The notes below the pieces were generated by a model. It did no database searches and was not told the DNA's origin. It worked only from the letters and a program-made list of their open reading frames with translations. Below are positions 52,461 through 64,000 of a stretch of DNA of 64,000 nucleotides, one piece after another. The DNA comes from Rotaria socialis (lineage: Eukaryota), in contig CAJNYD010000069.1 of the NCBI GenBank assembly GCA_905331295.1, positions 124,001-188,000 on the forward strand, given 5' to 3'. Every line of letters begins with the position of its first letter. Positions within the stretch are counted from its first letter, which is position 1. A program made the position numbers and the translations under genes.

Positions 52461-55003
52461 ATCTACATTTTACTGCTCTTCTACCACAATTTATGGTGTC
52501 TTCATGTTTCGATTACCATGTGCATAATGTAGCACAACATTCTCTATCGACAATTTTATATACGACATGAGACTGTTGAAAACAAAGTTAACGCTATTGT
52601 ATTTTTCTTTAGAATTGTGTTTTAAGCTAAACTACTCACTTGAGTATAGTGAAAAGTGAATTCTATTTGTTCGTTTAGTAAATCGTTCAGTAGATGTTTT
52701 TGTTTTTCTTTGCTCTCGTATTAACAGAAAACTTGCCAGAAACTGCACAACGGGTTCTGCTATGTTGATGCAAGAAAGAAATTTCGGTGCTCTTTTGTAT
52801 GCAGAGAACAAGAAAAAAGAATGAACTCGCGTGCATGCTATTTGATTCAAACTCTTATTTGCATACAACGATTTTTTCATTGGACATATGCAGAACGAGA
52901 GAATCTAGAAAAGAATTTTTACTTTGAACTAGCCAAAGGAAATAGATACTAGTGAAAGTTGAACGTATGAAAGTGAAGGATAATTGAGATTATGAATACA
53001 TTAGAATCAAGCAAATGAATTCTTTCTATCAAGTTAATGAAGATACGTCGTCGTGGCCGCTGGGGTTGTTCCATTTATGGTAGACGGCAGTGGTAAGCGT
53101 TTTATGAATTTTCATATGAGCGGTTTCTAATGGAATGTGGTTTAACAATTGTCATAAATTTTTTTTTCGAAGTCCTAGAAGTCCCGATTTTCAAATATTC
53201 TGTCTTTCATTAGGCCTCAATACTAGAAATAGCCATTAGAATAATATTCAAACTTTTTTAGGGTTCTGCATAATTAAGAATTTTATAGTAAAAGTAATTT
53301 ATGAAGAACAGTTTTACAAGCAATATACTAAAAGTCTTATAAACAATTTTTGAATTCAATATTCCAAGTAGTTAATTAATATTCATATATTGTTAGTCTA
53401 CCATTTCAAGTTTTTCGAACATGCTATTCACGTAAGAAATGCAACTGGAAAATTAATTTTGAAAAAAATTCGATACTTTGAGATTCTATGTTAAGAATGT
53501 GAAAGTTTGTCTGTAGTCTAAAATCTCGTGTAAAAATTAATATAAAGTAACAGAAAGAACGAAGGCAATCAGTTGTCTTTTAAGTTAAAATGGAATGAAG
53601 TAGCAGTAGACTGTAAGCAAAAATATGTGAAGTGAAAACTGAAAACAAAACAATACAGAGAAAAAGAACGAGCAAGAGAATGAGAATATGTTCACATTAT
53701 CATCATTAGATTAATTAAGCTTCTTTATTCGTCTTTATTTAAACTAATATTCAAACCAATAAATATAATTGACGGCGGTCAAACTCATCCGACGGAGTTT
53801 CTCTTTCTACAGGTGTGCGATGTTTAGTTAATTCGGCAATGTTAGTTTCATATAATTATTAAGATTAAAACGAATAATGATTTTTCTAATAGTTGATATT
53901 TTAGATAGAATCAAATAATGTATTATATATATATCTTTAAGCTCTTGTAATAATTTTCACACTCTCATAGAGAGAACAAAATGTATCAACTAACTAGACG
54001 CGCCAAACATAACATAATTCAATTTCAAAACGCGACAAAGAAAAAGCGATGAAGACGAGAGAGAGAAAAAAGAACATATAGCGAGAAACTCGCGCGAAAT
54101 CAGAAACAAGACACGCGACGACACACGGTGCCGTCACAAGGTGCGCTCTATTCTTGTAGTCATTTTAACGAATCACGTTTACAGGCTTGATTTTTGTTGT
54201 ATTCATAATCATGCTAGTTAAAATTTTCTAGAATTGTAAAAATTTGTTTCTTAAAAAAGAACTCGTAGTTCTTGTCACTGTAGAAAATCAAAAAAAGATA
54301 ATACTGAACTATGACATTACATAAAAGTTTTCCCCTGTCGATCCAAGATGGAAATGTCTGTCGTGGACGTTATTCTCTATCGAGTTTGTATGAACAGGAC
54401 GAGTAGTTCGAATTCGAATGACTAGTAAATTTGATTTTGTTCTCTTCCAGAAGATAGTTATTTGCAATAATTTTCATACGTGGATTAGCATCTTCATCGA
54501 GAAACTCGATATCACATACTATTCATATTGACTATTTTCTGTGTAATTTTTTAGTAATACTTTTATATATAGATCACTTTTTGAAAAAGTATTTGACAAA
54601 ACAATGCGTTTTGTAGAAATAACGATTGCTTTAGAGAACTAGACTAAAAACTCTCTTGACCAAGAAATTCCAAGTAATTAGGAGTTTTTCAAAATCAAAA
54701 CGTTTTCGTCAACTAAAAATGAATTTAACTTTTTCGATTTATAAGACACTTAACCAAGCTTTGCACAACTAATTATGTTTTCTATTTTACTTTAATGACT
54801 ATTTTTGGTGTATAGACCTGATAAAAGATAGTACATGTGAAAATATTGATTTTAAAGACTTTCAATTAAAAAAAACTCGTCAAAATTGAAAGTAAAATTC
54901 TATTGAAAAGTGCCCACCGCAAAATAGATAAAACACTTTTCGCGATTGTCGATCCTGCATTGAACTGATCTGATACTCATGATTGATGAGTCAGCCCATA
55001 AGC

Positions 55004-55184
55004 CAGTAGCGGATCTACCAGTTAGGCTACCCGGCGATCGCTACCACCCTTAAGAAAGTTTTTTCGGTTTTCCTCAGCAGAAATGAAACAGAAAATAGTC
55101 GTTCTGCCTCAAATAGATTTGAAAAACCGTTTTTCTTTTGACCAGGAGCGCCACTCGCTAACATATTTTCTGGATCCACCACTA
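55004..55184. mobile_element. Older hAT-type MITE
   Basis: Imperfect TIRs CAGTAGCGGATCTA / TGGATCCACCACTA; TSD CCATAAGC vs CCGTAACC (6/8 match). Confidence 0.65.
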
Positions 55185-55545
55185 CCGTAACCAAATAGAC
55201 TGGGATCATCTTTATTTTTGATAGCACAATAAGAGACTAGCTAACACCTACTATTATGCACGACAAGAAATAGACAGATACTATCACGGTATTATCAATT
55301 GTGACTTCATGTATTCGTACTCCTACGTATTGTAATGATGTTTTCCACTAAAAAGAAACGGTTTTTGAAGTTTCCTCGATTTTATTCATTACGGTTTTTC
55401 TCAGCAATTTTTTTCCTCTGTTAATCTTTGTTTGCTTTTGATCATAGCAATTGTTACTAAAAGCATGCTGTTCCTAACAATGGAGTAACGACTGTAATTG
55501 AATCTTTCATTATTTTTTGCTCTTCTTATTATAAAGATATTTGAT

Positions 55546-56862
55546 ATGGATATAAATCATACTAATGATACAGCTCAACTAAAAGTTGAATCTTCTGAGA
55601 TTTCATCACGGAAGTTAATCATCATCATCAGTTTGATACTATTCACTTCGCTAGTTATTATTTATCAATCTAAATCGCCAACAACATTAGAAGTACAGAA
55701 GAACCATATTTTTATCCATCCTCAAAGTTATTCTAAAGCCAATTGCTTGAGCGTTTCGAAAACTTCTGCTATAATTTGTCAATGGTACTTTTTAAATTAC
55801 ACGCCAAGTGCATGGGAAACTGTTTGGTTTACGAATATTGAACAACTACAAAATAGTGTTTGTGAAACATTAGCAAATGTAGATAATCTAAACAAAACAG
55901 TGTTAGCTGTCGAAAGAGTAGTGGAATTACAAAAATTTGGAAGAAACCATATCGAAAGCGATAAACAAATTGCTGATAAGCTTCTATCAAGAATGTTTTA
56001 TCGGCAAGAATGTATAGATCCAAAGACGAAGGTATCATTTCAAGGAGCAGAAGTATCACAATTAATTGAACCACTCATTGGATTACTACGTGATCCTTTA
56101 ACGATATGTGATCGTATTAGTTCAGTACCTGTGACTGGTTATGAAGGAGCAGAAATTCAGTCGAAGCGATTTTTCTTATTATCAATCGCTGCTCCATTCT
56201 ATAATCATTCATCGCCAAACACTTCTAAGAACAGTATCGAAAACAGCCTTGAGCCAGATAAACACAATATGAATATACTTCCTTGGATGTATCAAAGATC
56301 GAAGTTGAATTTGTTAGATCCAGAATTGGATATCTATACAAGCAAGGGACAGAATATTTTTATTGATTTGGGAAGCGCATATTTCGATGGTTGGACTGGT
56401 GCCAATGGTGCTGCTTCTGGGCGATGGTTTTATGAACATTATAGACGTTTTGGGACCAAATTCGATCGTATTCTTGCCTATGAGTTCACAGCATTAAATG
56501 CTAAAACTGCTTGGAATCAGTTACCTGCCGATGTTTTCCCTGTCTATACGTTGCTTAATGTTCCTTGTGCAGCGACTGGAAAGTTTAGTCCTTGGGTTAT
56601 GCTAAAAGAAATAGCTAAACCACACGATCATGTTGTTATCAAGTTAGATATTGATACTCCTGAAATTGAAATTCCTCTGATGAGTCAACTGTTAAATGAT
56701 TCATCGATTTATTCTCTAGTAGATGAAGTCTTTTTTGAGCATCATGTTCATGTAAAAGAAATGAATCGTTATTGGGTAACTCGACAAGGACAATTGAAAG
56801 ATACGTATGTTTTATTCACGAAATTACGTGAACTTGGAGTACGCATGCATTCATGGCCGTAA
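55546..56862 (+). CDS. Intronless type II membrane protein with C-terminal FkbM-like SAM-dependent methyltransferase domain
   Basis: Uninterrupted ORF (first ATG at 55546). N-terminal hydrophobic helix, motif I IFIDLGS, ILAYE, VVIKLDID, LVDEVFFEHHV, LRELGVRMHSWP. Confidence 0.75.
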   Translation: MDINHTNDTAQLKVESSEISSRKLIIIISLILFTSLVIIYQSKSPTTLEVQKNHIFIHPQSYSKANCLSVSKTSAIICQWYFLNYTPSAWETVWFTNIEQLQNSVCETLANVDNLNKTVLAVERVVELQKFGRNHIESDKQIADKLLSRMFYRQECIDPKTKVSFQGAEVSQLIEPLIGLLRDPLTICDRISSVPVTGYEGAEIQSKRFFLLSIAAPFYNHSSPNTSKNSIENSLEPDKHNMNILPWMYQRSKLNLLDPELDIYTSKGQNIFIDLGSAYFDGWTGANGAASGRWFYEHYRRFGTKFDRILAYEFTALNAKTAWNQLPADVFPVYTLLNVPCAATGKFSPWVMLKEIAKPHDHVVIKLDIDTPEIEIPLMSQLLNDSSIYSLVDEVFFEHHVHVKEMNRYWVTRQGQLKDTYVLFTKLRELGVRMHSWP

Positions 56863-59512
56863 GATGGCCTTTTAGAGTTACAACAATCAAATTTAGCACT
56901 GAAATTTGGTTCAAGACTTTTTTTCTTTCTGTTTTCTGTTTGCTAGAACAAATTGTTTAGTACACTATAGTCTTTTTCATGTTATATTTTTATTAAATTC
57001 AAACGATCATTTTATGCATTTAATAAAACATGTTTTGTCTGTCATGGGCTAGTAGTACCCGAACTAAAAGAATGAAATGAAGATATTACAAGATAATATC
57101 TACTTTTAGAAAATCTATTAATAGAAACACTGGAGGGTTTCACATGCCATAATTTTATATTGAAACAGCTTCAATTTGCCAACAACCAAATATATATTAT
57201 ATAGATCAATATTAATTCGTATTATCTTAGTTCAAAATGTTATTGAAGAGTTCATCAAATGGATAAGGAAAATCAGTTCATAGGAATTCTTAATGGGCTA
57301 GTTCATAAGAAAATTTTGAAGTTATGAAAGTATTTAAATATCAATATTTATACAGTAAGAGTTTTTAGAGATCTAATATTCTCCAAGTATCCTCTGTATG
57401 AGATGCGGAAAATATTTTTATCAATATTAAAGTCAATCGACATATTTCTTATCTATTTTCTTCTTCAAATCAAACAAATATATCAAAAAACGTCAGTTAT
57501 TTTACTGTGTACGTGTTTTTTTCCGATTGGAGCTCTTCTTTTTGTAAATTAGTAGAAACTCTAAGTATTATTTTTCACCACAGGTTCTTCCACTCATATA
57601 AATCAATTGAAGACTAATACAGTAAAACATTTCTCATATAAATATTTCAAATAATATTGAATATCCGGAAGTTTGCATCTGTTTTGACTGAAAAATAAGT
57701 CTATCGCCTGTCGGCAAATCAACAGCATTCAACACATGTCTCTCATATTTTCATCCTTGGAAACATCCATTAAACGTTGCATTGCCCTGAAGCATTGCTC
57801 TTGTGATAGATATCATGCATAGATAGAAGTGAACTAAAAATAAACTCCAATAAAAAAAGCTAAATCTAACTGTTGAATGCAAAGACTGGTGATTATCCAG
57901 AACATTAATAAGTGGGTTCCAATCGAACGAGCACTCGCTACGATTTCAGTTTCTATTAGAACAACGTATTTACACATGGCAGCGAGGTTTATGATGGCAA
58001 GATTTTAACCCTAAATAAAATATGGATACATCGATTAATATTCTTATTTAGAATTAACAATGAGAGAGTGATGTAAAGAAAGAATGTTTTGGTAATTGCG
58101 AAATCTGAATCATAAAAGAATTTACAACAGCAGTTGATATGTGTTCAGTCGACTTCTTTGATTAGCCAATGTAATTCTCTCGCTCTCAATTCTGTTCTTT
58201 AACTGAAAGTTCAATAAGATTTTATTCAGAACAAAAATTCAGTTAGACTTAGATAAAAAAAAAGGAGTGCTCTTCCATAATGTAATTCTCTTCTCTCCAA
58301 TGGATTCTTTATTTTTCAAGATAAAAGATCTAATTTTTTAATGCATACCCCAGTTACTTGAACTCATTTGTGAATGAAATCACTTTGAAGATTTTCATCA
58401 TTATGATGAAGAATTTCATTAAAAAAATGGGGTAATTCTCGGACATACTTATTCCGTTTTTGTATTCTTTGTTTTTTATTATAATAGTTTTTTTTACATT
58501 GAATTTGATGCGAAGCCATCATTCGACCAGTGTAAATAAGAATAGAAATAAACGTGTAATACAATATTTAAAAAAACAGCTAAACAGCTATGTGAATCAA
58601 TTGAAACTTTAGGACGAAATCTTCATAGAAACAATAAAACAAAAGAATTGAGATAGCACATATTGAGAACCTGGCATAAAAGTGAAATATACAATAAAAA
58701 AAAAGAAACATAAAAAAGAGTTTTCCAGAAGTTTTCAAAACAATTTTTAAATTGGTCGGTTTTGCATTCAACAGACTTTTTCTAATCTTGGCTAAACACT
58801 GTAACATGTAGTACTAAAGAGACGTTATGTTTCGAGTCTATCGCTTTTACTACGGATGAGAAATTGCTCCTATATTATTATACACTATTTTATGTTTGCA
58901 AATTATTGCTTAAATTTATAAAAATTCTCTAGATTTTATCAAATAATGATTTTAGATCCTCGTAAGAAAATGTCTTTTAGCTGATACGAAATTTTTTCGA
59001 GTTGTCGTAAAAAAATAGGTACAGAATTCGGTGATTTATCGCATTTGTCATCTATGACGATGGTAACTATGATTTAAACCCAATCAATATTTGATCTAAA
59101 GAAAATACTTATTGTGTACGTAGTATAACTGGAATGATGAGAGCAATTAAGCACGTGAAGATTGAAAAGTTAATAATTTTTGTTAGTCGCGAAAATGTTT
59201 TCTATTCGATATATCAAGTAACTAGATAGGAAAATCCAATAGAATAATTTTTGATAATGTAGTTACAGTTCGTCATACTTACTAGAAGCTATAGATCTGA
59301 CACTTTTTCTTTACTTAGCAATAAGTAGAAACAATCGTATATGAAAAACTAAGGAGAAAATTAAGATTTGCTGAATGCAAAAACGATACGTTTTATAATT
59401 GTTTCAGTACCTCTACTACTCTGTCTACAATGGAATGTATTAAAAAGAAAGCAGTAAAATAAACGGAATGTATTCGTCACATTAAAAAGAAGCTTACATA
59501 TGTACAGTAAAA

Positions 59513-60408
59513 TTATAATTCAGATTGTGGTCTACGGTTACGTCCATGGGTTAATTGTATATGAGAATCATTAGGTGTGTGTCCGAATTCATCATTTTCT
59601 TGTTTATCCTCTGCATCATCAACGTATGGCGCACGAAGAGATTGAATATCAATAGCAAAGGCTATGCCTAATATTTATTAATAAATAAATAAATATATAT
59701 ATTGATCGAATCTTAATTCATTACGAAGTTAAAACTTACAAGCAAACAAAGCTAAAACAAGTGCAGCAAATTCAAACCAATAACTATATGATAAATAGTT
59801 AAATTCTGGTCTGGGCATCCAAAGACGATCTTGACTGCGGACACCATAGATACTAATAGCAATAAGTTCAAAAGCAACTAAAATAAAAAGCAATAAAATA
59901 CGCACATAACTACTTAATCAATATTTACAAATAATCAAACACATAATAGACCAAATCGCTTGACATCTCCATTGCCAACGAAACGCTGAAAAAACTGCAA
60001 CAGCTAAACTTGATATCGTCATTATTGTAAAAATGAATGCTAAGGTAGCAAATGCTTGTACCCATTTAAACCAAGCTACAAAAGCAAAATTGATTTATTT
60101 GTTTCAAATTCATAAAAAAAAAAGTTACTTGGAATAATCCAATCACGAAAACGATACATTTCATTTGTCCAAAACCAGAAGCAGCCAGTATACGGAATTT
60201 GTAAATCATCTTTATAATGGCGATATTTATACAAACATAATTCCCATAATCCAATATTTTGAAAATCTATTGGCGTGTCAAGATAACGTTTTGTCCAATA
60301 GGGCGATGCAAAGGCTGTTAGACAACATAGAGTACTTAGAAACATCAAAATTGATCCCACAAAAAAACAAGGAGAATACTGTGCATTTCCAAAATGAAAA
60401 GCTCCCAT
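59513..60408 (-). CDS. Claudin-like / PMP22 superfamily tetraspan, 4 exons
   Basis: TAFASPYW...IGLWELC...GCFW signature, WFKWVQAFATL, RLWMPRPEFNYLSYSYW; four hydrophobic segments. Confidence 0.88.
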
Positions 60409-60644
60409 CTAGAAAAAATAAAAACATTAATGATCGATGTGAACTGAAAATAATTGTGAAATCTCCCTGAGATTTACACAAATAATAGAAGCTATATAAA
60501 ACTTCACTCAATTAAAAAATAACAGATTAAAGAATAAATTGGAGATTATGAAGTCATTTCTTTACGTTTTCTCACGGGGTGAAACTTCATATTGCAGATA
60601 GAAACAAAAACTTGACTTGTTTATTTAAATTCTGTTTCTTTGTC

Positions 60645-61196
60645 TTATTTTTTCCCTCCTGTACGTCGACGAACAGTTACCCAACCATCTTCATCGACAT
60701 CCATTGCGTCTGATTTTGGCTCATTTATGGATTCTTCTTCGTGTTCTTCTCTTATTTCATTATCATGATCATCATTTTCGGATGATGATGATGATGAATC
60801 ATGTTCATTTCCATTTCGAACAGACATTCCCACTGCTGCGGCAGCTGGTTGTTGTGCCTGTAATTCTTGTTGAATAACAGCTAATTTACCTTCTTGAATA
60901 AGTTGAATATAACGAATAAATAATTTCGATAATTCACCACTTGAACCATCGTCTAAAATCGTATTAAATTCTTCGTCGAGTATTTCATCAAGATATTCTT
61001 GAATCTCTTGTTCCAAACTGGATATAGATGATGATCGAACATTTCGTACAAGATATTGACCAAACGCTTCAATGAAGGCTTCATATTTTGCTTCACTGTC
61101 GTGACCACCCATTGAATGGCTCACAGCAATTTGTAATGCTGTCCATCGTGAGAAAACCGATCGAACAATAGGTAAAAGTGTTGAAAATAGTGACAT
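60645..61196 (-). CDS. TSR2: Pre-rRNA-processing protein TSR2
   Basis: FSRWTALQIAVSHSMGG, EILDEEFNTILDDGS, acidic tail with DEDGWVTVRR. Confidence 0.92.
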   Translation of the reverse strand: MSLFSTLLPIVRSVFSRWTALQIAVSHSMGGHDSEAKYEAFIEAFGQYLVRNVRSSSISSLEQEIQEYLDEILDEEFNTILDDGSSGELSKLFIRYIQLIQEGKLAVIQQELQAQQPAAAAVGMSVRNGNEHDSSSSSSENDDHDNEIREEHEEESINEPKSDAMDVDEDGWVTVRRRTGGKK

Positions 61197-61448
61197 TTTT
61201 TAAATGATATCTATCAATAAAATACTAACTGAAAAAAAAAATATCCTTGACATTCTCCATTTAAGAATCATTTCTTCTTACCCTCTCTTCATTGTACGAG
61301 AGCGCTGCATGACATTTATTTCTACCATTCATACAAAACAATTCGATTGGACCACACAGATATCCATATGAAATTCATGTGTCAATAGAGCAGCAGCAGC
61401 TGATAAAAGTTTTTCATTTTTCTATAGTCGCTAACTTACTATCACATC
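61197..61448. promoter_or_regulatory. Likely bidirectional promoter of TSR2 and TMEM50
   Basis: Head-to-head start codons 252 bp apart; ATTGG (CCAAT box, reverse) at ~61346. Confidence 0.5.
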
Positions 61449-62156
<708 letters not shown>

Positions 62157-63080
62157 TTTCATTTAAACAACGAACAAAATAAAATATTATGTTCGTCCTT
62201 TTTAATTAGTTTGTTTGTTGTTCGATGTTTTTTTCTAACATATATACCTATATCTATAAAAAAATATATTATACCTCGATGTTTATTCGTGCAGTTTTTG
62301 TTTTATTCAATTTGTTAGTTAGCGTTCTCTTCTGTATATATCTTTATATAGTGTTTCTAATATACTATTGTTTATTATAATTGACTTATTCAGACAAAAA
62401 AAAGAAAAGAAAAAAGAGACAAGATAATAAATATAAATCGGCGATAAAACGAACCGATCATGGAATCGAGGAGATAATTGGTTTTGTCTAATAGAAAGAT
62501 ACTTTGTTCTTACATGTCACTATACTTCCTTGATGCCATTTGGGAAATCAAAAAACCTGCGTGTACTTGTTCGTGTATGTATTTATAGACTTTCGATTTG
62601 TCTAAAATTATAAGTTGAACAAGAACAATACACCCGAGAATGAAGACAACCATATATAAGCATGCGTGTGTCTTTCCATCAACAAACAACTGCACACATC
62701 AATAATCTTTTAGTATGCATTGCACAACACTGCACTCACTAATTTGTCACGAGAGGAATCAGAGTTCTACGTATCCTCTTTTTCTTCTTTTGCTTGTGCT
62801 TGTGCTTCTTCTTCTTTTCCTTTTTTTCTTCTTTTTTCTTCTTTTGCTACTACTAGTAGGAGGCCTGTGCAGATTCAGATGTTCTTATGAGAAAACTAAA
62901 GCCAAAATCGATTATTTGACGTGCCCTTTCCTTTTGCTATCATCAGTCGCTTCGCGCCTGTTCTTTCTTTCTCATTCGTCTTTAGTAAAAAAGGCAAAAT
63001 AAACCTCTCGAATTGCAGCCCACTGTATGTTGCCCGCCTCTCAATTAGCCTGTTAACAAGAATGAACCAGTAGAAGGACA

Positions 63081-63126
63081 CGAGAGAGAGAGCGAGAGCG
63101 AGAGCGAGAGAGAACGATAGCGAGAC
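63081..63126. repeat. (GA)/(GAGAGC)n simple repeat
   Basis: Visible purine-rich repeat. Confidence 0.8.
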
Positions 63127-64000
63127 TCTTTGTTAAAGGGTACACAGTTCAATATAATTAAACAAATAACTAGCCAGCGGCAGCGATGAATGTTCTTTCA
63201 GTAGATAGAGATGTCCTCTTGAGCTTATAGATTGGCTAATATATGTAATAGTAGTATTAAGACAATTATTAACATAGTACGTCGTACAGCATATAAGGTC
63301 ATTTTATGCAACTTGTTTAGCCTGTTTCTCTTTTCCCCTTATTTTTGTTATGTGCATTCATTGACAAAAGAAAGCAGACATTGAAGGAAATATAACAGCA
63401 GCGTAGAATACGACAAAATAATTTTGATCGATTCTCATTGTCGTCGCCACTATAGCACGATCCGGGTTATCGATGCTTTGTTCGATGAACTAACTACTGA
63501 AAGAAGGAATCGGTTGACGAATCAAGGCTATTTGCTCTTTTCTTTTATTTAAAAATAGTTGATAGATGAACGAACCATACTTGTGCATACTTTTAGTTGT
63601 CAACTATTATTGATATGGTAGGAAAATAACCAAACAAAAAGCTGAAGATCCCTATCATTATAATGGTCTTCTTTTCTTACCATATCGAGGTCGCATGCAT
63701 CGATGAATGAACGAACATTCAGTTCTCAGGAGATTTCGTTAAGACAAAATAACATGGTCGTCGAAGAGGAAAAAAAAATTTTATTGTGACAATCGGCAGC
63801 AACTTGGTCACAAAGTCGGTTATCCTGTTATCACTTTTACTATTTTGTGCATAACAACACAAAAATATATGGGACTTCTTTATGCTGTTGTTTTTACAAA
63901 TTATTGATCATAAACATATAAATATTAAAAGAGTACTTGTGCCTGAGGCATTCATTGACTTCATATAGATACGTTCAATTTTTTCTGCTTTCATGAATTT

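Noticed and set aside
62715..63081. Leu/Phe-rich ORFs near the window end
   Set aside because: Derived from CTT/T-rich low-complexity sequence, probably UTR or regulatory.

Overview
AT-rich eukaryotic genomic DNA with many short (~50-70 nt) spliceosomal introns. Gene content (ART-TPR and F-box/LRR-type families, intronless foreign-looking enzymes, abundant MITEs) is most consistent with a bdelloid rotifer; this is an inference. 1-8.7 kb is an accessory, TE-dense zone holding a toxin-type ADP-ribosyltransferase-TPR gene interrupted by a foldback MITE, nested MITEs and a decayed F-box/LRR-like gene. A compact housekeeping block follows (PRELID1, MLST8, G3BP, RAB14, EIF2S3, EEA1-like). 25.6-32.4 kb is a TE island (deleted MULE, two related Helentron/HINE-like elements, hAT MITEs) around an intronless HSL-family esterase. 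Next come ASH1L, an MBD2/3 homolog with no methyl-CpG-binding domain, a class A GPCR, an ~8 kb non-coding stretch, an intronless membrane-anchored FkbM-like methyltransferase, a claudin-like gene, TSR2 and TMEM50. There are two N gaps. No rRNA, tRNA or CRISPR array was recognised. All calls come from reading the sequence; no searches were run.
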